This document shows, one piece after another, positions 18,910-28,627 of a DNA stretch of 64,000 nt. Source of the stretch: an uncultured bacterium (lineage in GTDB: Bacteria > Patescibacteriota > Minisyncoccia > Phycocordibacterales > PALSA-1337); the NCBI GenBank assembly GCA_903872035.1, contig CAIQIZ010000029.1, forward strand, positions 479 through 64,478. The letters run 5' to 3'. Position 1 is the stretch's first letter. Every line of letters begins with the position of its first letter. The notes below the pieces were generated by a model that was not told the origin of the DNA, searched no databases, and worked only from the letters and a program-made list of their open reading frames with translations. The translations under genes and the position numbers were made by a program.

Positions 18910-21618
18910 TCATTTCTGCCCCACCAGATCATGCATGATGATCGGACTCTCGCCTTTGTGCTTCTTTTTTACTTCAAAAGTAAATTTGACCTCTTTTTCA
19001 CCGAGCGTGTTCTTGACTGGAGGAGCGACGTCGACTTGGATCTTGCCACCTTTGGCAACTTGCTGACCGATGAGCAGATTGGCAACCGGAGTTAGGATCT
19101 TTGTTTGGATGAGACGCTTCAACGGACGAGCGCCGTATTGAGGGTTGTAGCCTTCCTTGGCTAGGTAATCGTAGACCGTCGGAGACAGGGCCAGTTCGAT
19201 GCTCTTTTCAGCAAGACGCTTGACTGTCTGAGCAACTTGGATAGTGACGATCTCTCTTATAGCTTCAGGCGTGAGGATATCGAAGATGATGATGTCATCG
19301 ACGCGATTGAGAAATTCTGGTCGGAAATAATCCTTGAGGGCCGAGTTGATCTTGTTCTTGGCCTCAGTGTAATTCTCCTTTTCCGGATTTGTGGTATTGG
19401 TGGCAAAACCGATCTTCTCCATTCGTTCGATATGCTGAGCGCCAATGTTCGACGTCATGATGATGACGGTATTGCGGAAGTTCACGACGCGTCCCTTGGA
19501 ATCGGTCAACCGGCCGTTATCGAGAACCTGCAACAAGACGTTGAAAACTTCCGGATGCGCCTTCTCTATCTCATCGAAAAGTATAACGGAATACGGACGA
19601 TGGCGGACGGTTTCGGTGAGACCTCCCGATTCATCGTAGCCGACATAACCTGGAGGAGCGCCGATGAGCTTGGAAACTGAATGCTTTTCCATGAATTCGG
19701 ACATGTCGACTCGGATCAAAGCCTTTTCGTCATTGAAAAGGAATTCAGCCAAAGCTTTGGTCAGCTCCGTCTTTCCTACTCCTGTCGGTCCAAGGAATAT
19801 GAACGAGCCTATAGGTCTATTTGGATCGGCGATTCCGGCGCGCGAGCGACGAATGGTATCTGAGATTTTGGTAACTGCCTCGTTCTGGCCGACGATACGC
19901 TTCTTGAGTTCCTCTTCCATGCGGACCAGCTTTATTGCTTCCGATTCCAGCATCCTAGTAACAGGGATGCTCGTCCAGCGAGAAACGACACCAGCAATAT
20001 CTTCGGCGGTGATCTCTTCTTTCAAGATCCGGCGAGACGACTGAAGCTTCTTCAGACGCTTATTCTTCATCTCCAATTCCTTTTCCAAAGCCGGCAATCG
20101 TCCATAACGGATCTCTGCAGCTTTAGCCAAATCAGCACGAGCTTCAGCGCTTTCACCTTCCAAACGCAATACTTCAAGTTCCTTTTTCAAGCGCTTGATA
20201 TCGGCAATGGTTTCCTTTTCATTCTTCCATTTGAGCTCCAATTCGGAAGTGCTCTCCTTGAGATCTGCGATCTCCGTCTCTATCTTGGCGGTGCGGGCTT
20301 TTGATTCTTTGCTAGTCTCTTTTTTCAAAGCTTCACGCTCTATCTCCAGGCGCATGATCTTGCGGCGCGTCTCCTCTAACTGAGGCGGCATATTCTCCAA
20401 AGAAATTCGTAACGAAGAAGAGGCCTCATCTATAAGGTCAACGACTTTGTCAGGCAAGAATCTGTCAGTTATGTAACGGCTGGCCAAATTGACCGCCGCT
20501 ACGATGGCATCATCGGTGATATGGACTCCATGGAACATCTCATATTTCTCCTTGAGCCCACGAAGAATGGCGATAGCATCATCGATCGAAGGCTCATTTA
20601 CATATACTGGTTGAAAACGTCTAGTCAAAGCAGGGTCTTTCTCTATATATTTCTGATATTCCTTTATGGTAGTGGCACCGATGGCTCGGAGCTCTCCACG
20701 TGAAAGGGCTGGCTTCAACATGTTTGAAGCGTCCATGGAACCCTCGGAGGCACCGGCGCCAACCAAGGTATGTATCTCGTCTATGAAAAGAATGATCTTA
20801 CCTTCGGAACGTTCGACTTCCTTCAAAATATTCTTTAGTCTTTCCTCGAATTCGCCGCGATACTTCGTGCCGGCTATGAGCGAACCCAGGTCGAGCGAGA
20901 CAAGTTCCTTGTCTTTCAATGATTCTGGTATATCTCCTTGGGCCATACGCAAAGCCAAACCTTCGACTATGGCGGTCTTACCGACACCAGCCTCGCCAAT
21001 GAGGATCGGGTTGTTCTTCGTTCGGCGAGAAAGAATCTGGATGATACGCATAATCTCCGACTCGCGGCCGATGACAGGATCGAGCTTGTTCTCACGGGCT
21101 AGTTTGGTGAGCGATCGAGCGTACTTATAGAGAGTGCGGAACTTCTTTGGCTCAGCATCCTTGGACACCGGATTGGTTTTGAGCTCCTCTATGATCTTGA
21201 CCACGGCGTCCTTCTCTATCTTGAATCGCGCCAAGACATCGCGCGCCACGCATGGCACGTCGAATATAGACAAGAATAGGTGTTCAGTCGAAATGAACTC
21301 ATCTTTTAGTATGGTCGAGACTTTGACTGAATTATCCAGGATCTGCGCCAAATCTGGTGTCAGATATATTTGATATGAAGGAGAAAGGACGTTCGAACCT
21401 TCTGGGGATTCGATGTGTTCTAAGACCACGTCTGTAAGCATCGGGGTGTCTATCTCCATCCGGTCAAGAATGGAAGCAACCATGCTCTCTTCCTGTAATA
21501 TGAGAGCGCACAGAAGGTGCACCGGATTTACATGGTTCTGGCCGCGTTCTATGGCCAATTCATGGGCTCGGCGCAAGGCTTCTCTGGCTTTGGTGGTGAG
21601 TTTGGCTAGTGGTGGCAT
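18910..21618 (-). CDS. clpB: ATP-dependent chaperone ClpB
   Basis: Two AAA+ modules (GEAGVGKT... and GPTGVGKTE...), a long coiled-coil middle domain, and the N-domain. 902 aa. Confidence 0.95.
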   Translation of the reverse strand: MPPLAKLTTKAREALRRAHELAIERGQNHVNPVHLLCALILQEESMVASILDRMEIDTPMLTDVVLEHIESPEGSNVLSPSYQIYLTPDLAQILDNSVKVSTILKDEFISTEHLFLSIFDVPCVARDVLARFKIEKDAVVKIIEELKTNPVSKDAEPKKFRTLYKYARSLTKLARENKLDPVIGRESEIMRIIQILSRRTKNNPILIGEAGVGKTAIVEGLALRMAQGDIPESLKDKELVSLDLGSLIAGTKYRGEFEERLKNILKEVERSEGKIILFIDEIHTLVGAGASEGSMDASNMLKPALSRGELRAIGATTIKEYQKYIEKDPALTRRFQPVYVNEPSIDDAIAILRGLKEKYEMFHGVHITDDAIVAAVNLASRYITDRFLPDKVVDLIDEASSSLRISLENMPPQLEETRRKIMRLEIEREALKKETSKESKARTAKIETEIADLKESTSELELKWKNEKETIADIKRLKKELEVLRLEGESAEARADLAKAAEIRYGRLPALEKELEMKNKRLKKLQSSRRILKEEITAEDIAGVVSRWTSIPVTRMLESEAIKLVRMEEELKKRIVGQNEAVTKISDTIRRSRAGIADPNRPIGSFIFLGPTGVGKTELTKALAEFLFNDEKALIRVDMSEFMEKHSVSKLIGAPPGYVGYDESGGLTETVRHRPYSVILFDEIEKAHPEVFNVLLQVLDNGRLTDSKGRVVNFRNTVIIMTSNIGAQHIERMEKIGFATNTTNPEKENYTEAKNKINSALKDYFRPEFLNRVDDIIIFDILTPEAIREIVTIQVAQTVKRLAEKSIELALSPTVYDYLAKEGYNPQYGARPLKRLIQTKILTPVANLLIGQQVAKGGKIQVDVAPPVKNTLGEKEVKFTFEVKKKHKGESPIIMHDLVGQK

Positions 21619-22008
21619 GGGTGTTATGTGGTTGCATTTTACTATTAATTGTAGTCGCCGTCAATGATTATTTGAGGCCTATGAACGATGGATTTGAGCG
21701 ATCATGCTGCTCGTAAAGAGTACGATGACTAATAAGGTTTTGGTTCGATTGCCGCGCTATAAACATGTCTTTTCCTGAATTAATTTCATTCACACAAATT
21801 GATTTGCGTGATATTATCAACGACTCTACAGAGCCATATTTCTTTATCATTACACAACAAATTACACAATTCCTGTCAATGAGAATATTTTAGGAATTGA
21901 TGAATCCCAGTCGCCACGCACAGCGAGTCTATGGTGCCTCTCTTCTTTTATAAGCTATAAGCCGGCCTAGTGCGACCCTTATGAGTAGTTTTTTTGCGCT
22001 AGATAATC

Positions 22009-23250
22009 TTACCTAATCGGCACCATTTCAACCTTACCAGTCAACCGATCCTTGGTTTCAATAGAATTTGATTTCAAGCTCTTCTCACTTATGACATAGC
22101 GCTTGGGGATACCCATGAGATCTGAATCAGCAAACTTAGCGCCAGCACCTGTATCGCGGTCATCATATAGAACTTCAATTCTTTTCTTGGTGAGCTTTTC
22201 ATAGAGTTCATCCGCTGCTTTCTTTACCGTTCCAGCCTCATCGAACAATGCCACCAAATGAACAGCAAACGGAGCGACTGATTCCGGCCAGACCAATCCT
22301 TTGTCATCAGACCAGACTTCGGCGATCGTACCCATGAGACGTCCAGGACCGATACCATAGCTTCCCATGACGACCGGCTTGGACTTCCCTTCAGCGTCTT
22401 TGTAATTCAAGCCGAGGGCTTCGGAGAAGCGCGTACCTAAGCTAAAAATATTTCCGACTTCGATCGATTTCTTTTCAACCAATTGAGACTTTTCCAGTTT
22501 CAAATCCTTTAAGACCTCATCATTGAATACTTCCTTATTCACAGCCATCTTCTTTTCTTCGTGGACATAGATCAAATCTTCACCAGCTTCACAAGTAGTT
22601 TGAAATTCATGGGAGTATTTAGAGAATGATCCTCCACTAGCGAACGTCACGTATGTTTGCGCTCCAATACCAGCACGCTCGAATATCTTTACATAAGCCA
22701 TCTTGGCCTTCTCATAGAATTCCTGATGAGCCTTATCGTCAACATTGAATGAATACAGGTCCTTCATGAGAAATTCGCGGCCGCGCAATATTCCTGACTT
22801 GGCACGCTCTTCGTTACGGAATTTTGTTTGGAATTGGTATGCAGAAATAGGCAAATCTCGAAATGAGCTGATGTGATCCTTCATAAGCGCTGTCAAAGGC
22901 TCCTCGTGTGTAAATCCGAGTCCGACTTCGTTACCATTCTTGAGATTCGTCTTGAACCAATTGTCTACCTTTTCGTCGCTCCAACGATCGGTCGCTTCCC
23001 AATTGCGCTTATCTTGTAAAGCCGTCAAATGGATCTCTTGCCCACCAATAGAGTTCATCTCTTCACGAATGATTCCTCTGATCTTATTCAAAGTCCTGAG
23101 CCCTAATGGCAAATATGAATAAACACCAGCCATTTCTTTGTGAATAAATCCAGCACGAATGAGGAGTTGGGCATTCTTGGCCACTTCATCCTTTGGAGCT
23201 TCGCGACGAGTTTTGGTAAATAGTTGTGATTGTTTCATGGCTGTAATCAT
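22009..23250 (-). CDS. proS: Proline--tRNA ligase, short form
   Basis: Class II core with a C-terminal anticodon-binding domain. 413 aa with no editing insertion domain. Confidence 0.8.
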   Translation of the reverse strand: MITAMKQSQLFTKTRREAPKDEVAKNAQLLIRAGFIHKEMAGVYSYLPLGLRTLNKIRGIIREEMNSIGGQEIHLTALQDKRNWEATDRWSDEKVDNWFKTNLKNGNEVGLGFTHEEPLTALMKDHISSFRDLPISAYQFQTKFRNEERAKSGILRGREFLMKDLYSFNVDDKAHQEFYEKAKMAYVKIFERAGIGAQTYVTFASGGSFSKYSHEFQTTCEAGEDLIYVHEEKKMAVNKEVFNDEVLKDLKLEKSQLVEKKSIEVGNIFSLGTRFSEALGLNYKDAEGKSKPVVMGSYGIGPGRLMGTIAEVWSDDKGLVWPESVAPFAVHLVALFDEAGTVKKAADELYEKLTKKRIEVLYDDRDTGAGAKFADSDLMGIPKRYVISEKSLKSNSIETKDRLTGKVEMVPIR

Positions 23251-23261
23251 AACCTAAAAAC

Positions 23262-24395
23262 CTAATGTTGCACCAGCTTGGCGATATCCTTATAAGTGAC
23301 TGCCACCATGAGGATCATGAGCAGGATGAAGCCGACAGTATTCACGATGTTAGTGAATTTGGCGGAGATACGTCGACGGAATATGCCTTCAATGGCCACG
23401 AACAGGATGCGCCCGCCATCCAGCGCTGGGAATGGAATTAGATTTATGATTCCCAAGTTTACGGATATGAGAGCGGTGAACATGAGCAGGCTCATAAATC
23501 CTAGCGAGAGAACGTTTCCAACATCGGCCGCTATGCCAACTGGACCACTCACTTGTGACCACTGTGCCGTGCCTTGGAATATACTCGTGATGAAGATGAA
23601 TAATCCGACTGCAGTCTGTTCCATAGTGATCCAGGTGTAGTGAGTCGCTTCATATATAGCGGTCAAGATTGGCAACCTCAACGTCACAGCGTCGGCTAGT
23701 TGGATACCGACGACAAATCTGCCAGGAACCAAAGTGCCAGAAGGAGTGATGGTCGTAGTGCTAGCTTGCCCTCCATGCATGAAACTGACGATGACAGGTG
23801 TCCCTAGACTAGCATTGACTGTGTCTGGAATAACAGTTGCAGAAAGTTTGGTGGTGCTACTCGTGCCGTTTAGCGAAAGCTCCGCATGTGTAGATGGAAC
23901 CGATATCTTTGTTATCGTGTCACCAGGGTTGAGTCCAGCCTTCTTGGCAGGAGAATTATCAGAGACGTAAGTGATGATAGTTCTTGGATCATGAAAACGG
24001 CTAACATATTGCTGAAAATCACCAGGAGCTGCAGTCATGCCGCAAGCGAATACGATCACGTACAAAATCCAAGCGAATATGAAATTGAAAAGCACACCAG
24101 CGACTAGAACTGCCGCCTGGCGCCAGCGATTCTTGTGAACAAAGCTCCGATCCTTGTCAGGACCAAATGTATTCTCTTCGTCCGGATTCTCGCCGAAGAT
24201 CTTGACGAAACCACCAAAAGGAATGAGGTTGAGACCGTATTCAGTTTCGCCCTTTGTCCAATGGATGAGCCTTGGACCAAAGCCGATCTTGAAAGAATCG
24301 ACTCGGATGCCGTTCATTCGTGCAAAGATAAAATGGCCCAATTCGTGGACGAATATGAGCACGGCAAGAACGATGAGAAAAATGATTACGGTCAT
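23262..24395 (-). CDS. rseP: RIP zinc metalloprotease RseP (site-2 protease, M50 family) with a PDZ domain
   Basis: HExxH 'FVHELGHFIFAR', a multi-transmembrane region, and a PDZ segment. Confidence 0.85.
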   Translation of the reverse strand: MTVIIFLIVLAVLIFVHELGHFIFARMNGIRVDSFKIGFGPRLIHWTKGETEYGLNLIPFGGFVKIFGENPDEENTFGPDKDRSFVHKNRWRQAAVLVAGVLFNFIFAWILYVIVFACGMTAAPGDFQQYVSRFHDPRTIITYVSDNSPAKKAGLNPGDTITKISVPSTHAELSLNGTSSTTKLSATVIPDTVNASLGTPVIVSFMHGGQASTTTITPSGTLVPGRFVVGIQLADAVTLRLPILTAIYEATHYTWITMEQTAVGLFIFITSIFQGTAQWSQVSGPVGIAADVGNVLSLGFMSLLMFTALISVNLGIINLIPFPALDGGRILFVAIEGIFRRRISAKFTNIVNTVGFILLMILMVAVTYKDIAKLVQH

Positions 24396-24399
24396 ATAT

Positions 24400-24951
24400 C
24401 TAGCCGATTATTTCCTTCTCTTTCTTTACATACATCTCCTCCAGCTTCTTGTTGGCATCATCCACCATCTTCTGCGTCTCATGCTTTAGTCGAAAGATAT
24501 CATCTTTACCAAAACCACCCTCTTTCTCTTTGGCGGTGAGATCTTTGATGACGGATTCGCGATGCATCCTCATCTGTTTCTTGGCTTCTTCCAACTTTTC
24601 CTTGGCTGTTTTGGCGATGTCTTTGCGACGGTCGGCTGTAAGTTCCGGGAACATGACACGCAAGCCCTGGTCGTCGACGACTACGGAAAGACCGAGGTTG
24701 GCGACAGTAATGGCCTTCTCTATGTCTTTGACCTGACCCTTTTCCCACGGAGCCACACGTAAGGTCCGTGCTCCCTCGATAGTGACGCTAGCCAATTCCT
24801 TGAGTCCCATCGGCGCTCCATAGACCTCGACTTTGACACCGTCGAGAACGGCCGGCGATGCTTGTCCTGTCCGGATCTGCTGAAACTCCTTTTTGAGCCA
24901 TTCCTCGGCTCCGGTCATCTGTTTCTTTAGTGGATTGAAATCGTAAGCCAT
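24400..24951 (-). CDS. frr: Ribosome recycling factor
   Basis: 183 aa. Typical RRF N-terminal and C-terminal helices. Confidence 0.9.
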   Translation of the reverse strand: MAYDFNPLKKQMTGAEEWLKKEFQQIRTGQASPAVLDGVKVEVYGAPMGLKELASVTIEGARTLRVAPWEKGQVKDIEKAITVANLGLSVVVDDQGLRVMFPELTADRRKDIAKTAKEKLEEAKKQMRMHRESVIKDLTAKEKEGGFGKDDIFRLKHETQKMVDDANKKLEEMYVKKEKEIIG

Positions 24952-25060
24952 GAAATTATAAATTAATGATTAATTCTTAATGATCAATGCATAATGTCGT
25001 ACCTGCGATAAATTAGATATTAAACATTCATCATTGAACATTACGTAAGTCAGTATAGCA

Positions 25061-25743
25061 CTAAATATTCAATGCCACATATTCCAAAAGCATCTTAAGC
25101 GAAGGTGCCCGATCATTCATATACGTCCGTGCCTTTTCGATAGTTTCAAGGGCTTGCTTTCCACTCTTTGATCCCTTCGATCCGTATACGACAGATTGAA
25201 TATTATTCAAGAAATCAATGGCATCCTGTTTGGTCTTCTTTTCTTTGGTGATGTCTTCAACCAAAGATTTTATGATCTCCAATCGTTTCGGCGGCATCAT
25301 AGTTAGAAATTTCTTGGCGTCAGCTAAGCCCACTGATTCATTTTCGCTTTGGCCAGAGTTACCGATCATCGATAGCCGCGATCTTACAGTTGGTAGCAAT
25401 AGATGTGCAGAAGGAACTATTAGAAAGAAATGAACGTATTCCGCCGGTTCCTCTAGTAATTTAAGCAAAGCGTTCTGGGCTTCGACGGTGATGGCATTCA
25501 TCGTCACGATAAATATGCGCTTGCCTCCGGGATTCACCGGCATGAGCGATGCTAATGATTTCAATTCGCGAGCATCATCAATAGTAAAATTCTCATATTG
25601 CTTGGCGTCGAAGTCAGGATTGCCATGAGTGGCGACCTTGAATTTCTTCTCAAGAATTGAAATGAGTTCGACTCTAAGCGAATCACCACCGATCAAAAGG
25701 TATGCGTGGTGATCCAAACCAGTAAGTTGCGTGCGTAAATCCA
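25061..25743 (-). CDS. holB: DNA polymerase III delta' subunit
   Basis: AAA+ clamp-loader fold. 'AYLLIGG...IFIVTMNAITVEAQNALLKLLEEP...SRL'. The likely start is the internal ATG at 25743 (MDLRTQL). Confidence 0.7.
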
Positions 25744-25789
25744 TAAGGCAATTGTATATCTTTAATTCTAAATGTAAATGAAAAGGGCG

Positions 25790-25832
25790 CGCCGACTGGA
25801 TCAAAATCCAACTATCGACACGCCCTGAAACC
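25790..25832 (-). terminator. Strong intrinsic terminator on the minus strand
   Basis: Minus-sense gggcgtgtcga...tcggcgcgccc: an 11-bp stem with an inner tggat-tttg-atcca hairpin, followed by ttttcattt. Confidence 0.6.
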
Positions 25833-25879
25833 GTTGCTCCCCATGCGGCACTCTTTACTAGCGGCAGTGGATGAACGCA

Positions 25880-26210
25880 ACGATTTCGAATAGAAGTGGC
25901 CGTCTCGGTGCGGGCCAAATGGCTGTACCGCTAGTTCCAGGCGCGGTTATGCCGTTGGCCGAATTGCCGAGCCATCACTGGCTGGGGCGACAGACCGAGG
26001 TACCGGGGGAAACGGAGCATTGCAGACCAAGCTGCTACTCCTTCCGGTGTTCGTCCTCGGCTGCGACGAACCACTTCTCTATGGACTAATCCGATGAGAC
26101 CGCGTAGGCTCCCAGCGAACTAGCCAAATCAGACTGTAAAGAACAACGCTCGGTAGCAGCATGGATCCAATGGCAAGCACGGACTTTTCCAGAGGCCACT
26201 ACCGAGCGTC
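25880..26210 (-). ncRNA. ffs: Structured ncRNA, most consistent with SRP RNA (ffs); ends uncertain
   Basis: Minus-sense ...GACGAACACC-GGAA-GGAGUAGCAGC... at ~26031-26060 matches the conserved SRP RNA domain IV (helix 8) GGAA tetraloop and AGCAGC internal loop. It has flanking CCGAGG/CCUCGG pairing. A ~400-nt gene-free stretch lies between mreB and a minus-strand terminator. A GGAAAAGUCCG motif upstream resembles RNase P CR-I, but no P4 partner was found. Confidence 0.4.
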
Positions 26211-26255
26211 TAAGACTGTTATAGCACAGCAAATGTTTTTGTCAAGCCAAATCAG

Positions 26256-27269
26256 CTATCTTTTGGAAATTATCGACTTCTTGTACATATCCAAATGTTC
26301 GAGAGCGATGCCAGTCCCCTTCACCACACAAAGCAAAGGCTCCTCGGCCAATTGCGCTTTGACGCCAGTCCTGCGAAAAACCAATTCTGGCAGATTGCGT
26401 AGCAAGGAGGAACCGCCGGTCATGATGATACCCTGATCTATGATGTCGGCCGCCAATTCCGGTGGAGTCTCTTGAAGCACATCACGAACAGCTCTGATCA
26501 TATCGCGGAGTGGCGCGGCGATGGCTTTGACGATCTCATTGGTCTTGATCTCCGTCGAGCGTGGCAGACCGGAAAGGTAATCACGTCCTTTGACATTCAT
26601 GGCCAATTCCTGATCGAGCGGCACAGCTGAACCGATATTTATCTTAATGATCTCGGCCATGTGATCTCCGATGGCCAGATTGAAAGTCCGTTTGACGTAA
26701 TCAGCAATGGCCGCATCAATTTTGTTGCCAGCAACTTTGACAGAAGTCGACGAGACGATGCCACCGAGCGATATGACGGCAACATCTGTCGTACCACCGC
26801 CGATATCGATGACCATGTGACCTTTGGCCTCATGGATGGGAATGCCTGCGCCGATAGCCGCGAGGACTGGTTCCTTGACTACATAAGCGTTACGAGCTCC
26901 TGCGCGTATTGTCGCTTCGATGACCGCCCGTCGCTCGGTTGAAGTTATAGATGCTGGAACAGAGATCATGACTTCTGGTTTGAAAATATTGAAACGTCCC
27001 AAAGCTTTGTCGATGAAATAGCGGAGCATGGCTTCGGTCACCCGGTAGTCAGCAATGACTCCGTCGCGCATCGGTCGATAGGCGATGATGGTATCCGGAG
27101 TGCGGCCGATCATCTCCTTGGCATCATTCCCGACCGACAGAACTTTTTTGTCTACCTCCGAAACAGCCACGACCGATGGTTCATTGAGAACGATACCCTT
27201 ACCAGGCACAAATACCAAAGTATTGGCGGTTCCCAAGTCTATGCCCAATTTTGGCGAGAAAATGCTCAT
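26256..27269 (-). CDS. mreB: Rod-shape-determining protein MreB
   Basis: Actin-like ATPase. 'GIDLGTANTLV' and 'DIGGGTTDVAVIS'. Likely start MSIFSPK at 27269. Confidence 0.9.
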   Translation of the reverse strand: MSIFSPKLGIDLGTANTLVFVPGKGIVLNEPSVVAVSEVDKKVLSVGNDAKEMIGRTPDTIIAYRPMRDGVIADYRVTEAMLRYFIDKALGRFNIFKPEVMISVPASITSTERRAVIEATIRAGARNAYVVKEPVLAAIGAGIPIHEAKGHMVIDIGGGTTDVAVISLGGIVSSTSVKVAGNKIDAAIADYVKRTFNLAIGDHMAEIIKINIGSAVPLDQELAMNVKGRDYLSGLPRSTEIKTNEIVKAIAAPLRDMIRAVRDVLQETPPELAADIIDQGIIMTGGSSLLRNLPELVFRRTGVKAQLAEEPLLCVVKGTGIALEHLDMYKKSIISKR

Positions 27270-27497
27270 GAAGTTGAATACTAGCACAATTTTCCGCGAG
27301 GTGAAGCCCAGCGGCAAGCCTCGCGGACTTTCGCGGGGTGAGACCTCGACGGATTGAGCCGCATTTTAGGCACGCGATATCCGCTAACTATTTGACAAAT
27401 TCCAATTACTATGCAGAATGAGATATTGGGAGTGTCGAGCGTACCTTGGCACTTTGAAACAGACAGAACAACAAAAACCTACGGAAATTGAAGAAAT

Positions 27498-28424
27498 ATG
27501 AAAAGACCATTAATGGTGTTGGTACTAACAATTGCGACTATTACCGGCGTTCAAGGTGCTGGGGCCCAATCGAGCGCGGTTAGCATTGTCGTGGATTCGT
27601 GGCAGAACAACCACGACGGATGGAGCCAAGTATGTGACGATCCGATCCCGCCGTCACTGTCCCAGTCACATTACACGCACGCAGGCATTGATTCTTCCGT
27701 GTTCACCTGGTATTCGACTACCGGCGAAGCGAACTATGCTGCCACTGGCAACAAGACATACACGTCCGGGACTCAGAACATCTTCACGACAGACGACGCA
27801 GCACGTTATGGGATAACAATACAACAAAATGTTACCACGTGGTCCGATACGTCGGCATCCGGTAAGACGCAGACTTCTAAACTTGGACCCGCGGCCGGCA
27901 ATATGACCACGGTTCCAGTGTATAGCGCTCCAGGAGCAACGACAGACTACTCGCATTATAACGGCCAGTGCAGCTCCTCCTACGATGCCTATGCCGATCA
28001 TAACATCACTTTGGTCGGCTACTCATATTCAGTGACTGCCAATACGACCGCGGCGCTTCGTCTACTTTACGGTGCTCCGAACAGGACTTACAACGTTACC
28101 ATCTCAGTTGGCCTGAGTGGTTGGCGATTGGCTGATAGCCGTGAACAAGTCTCGCCGGGTAAATGGTGGAATCCGCAGGCCATCGTCAATACCGGCCCGA
28201 TTCCTGCTAGCTCTATCACTTTGAACGGCGGTATAGGCCTGGACAATTCGGGACAAACTCACATTATTATGACGTCAGATTCCCGGGGTAACGCTGTCAC
28301 GCAAATTAAACCGACCTCACCTGCCAGTGCTACTACGGTCTGGAGCGTCAACGTCCTTGGCATAGCCGATGCTGGTCCGGCGGTGCAGACTACATCATCA
28401 GCACCGGCACCTTCCACGAACTAG
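27498..28424 (+). CDS. Secreted hypothetical protein (signal peptide, Thr/Ser-rich)
   Basis: Signal peptide MKRPLMVLVLTIATITGVQGAGAQ. Own terminator. Confidence 0.55.
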   Translation: MKRPLMVLVLTIATITGVQGAGAQSSAVSIVVDSWQNNHDGWSQVCDDPIPPSLSQSHYTHAGIDSSVFTWYSTTGEANYAATGNKTYTSGTQNIFTTDDAARYGITIQQNVTTWSDTSASGKTQTSKLGPAAGNMTTVPVYSAPGATTDYSHYNGQCSSSYDAYADHNITLVGYSYSVTANTTAALRLLYGAPNRTYNVTISVGLSGWRLADSREQVSPGKWWNPQAIVNTGPIPASSITLNGGIGLDNSGQTHIIMTSDSRGNAVTQIKPTSPASATTVWSVNVLGIADAGPAVQTTSSAPAPSTN

Positions 28425-28463
28425 CCTGTTCGCTCGAGTTGTACGATTACAAATCTCCACAAA

Positions 28464-28490
28464 CTCCGTCACTAAGTGACGGAGTTTTTT
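28464..28490 (+). terminator. Intrinsic terminator
   Basis: ctccgtcac-taa-gtgacggag followed by tttttt. Confidence 0.65.
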
Positions 28491-28627
28491 GTATCCGAAT
28501 AGCCGTCGAGGATACCGGCGACCCGTCATGAAATATATCCCCAGCCAGCATTGCTGGCTTATCGCATATATGCTATACTAGACAAACAACCAAGATGTAA
28601 CATTATTATATATAAACAATCACCAAA

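Noticed and set aside
26140-26200. A GGAAAAGUCCGUGC motif resembling RNase P RNA CR-I (GGAAAGUCCGGGC)
   Set aside because: No downstream partner able to form P4 (no GCACGGAC-like strand, no ACAGAANCCGGCUUA-like CR-V) was found. The SRP domain IV motif in the same region matches better, so RNase P was not called.
25830-26240. Possible tmRNA, suggested by a 3' hairpin with a T-arm-like loop and a GC-rich 3' end
   Set aside because: There is no 5' GGGG...GGAUUCGACGGG tRNA-like start, no CCA end, and no plausible tag-peptide reading frame ending in hydrophobic residues plus a stop. The hairpin is better explained as an intrinsic terminator.
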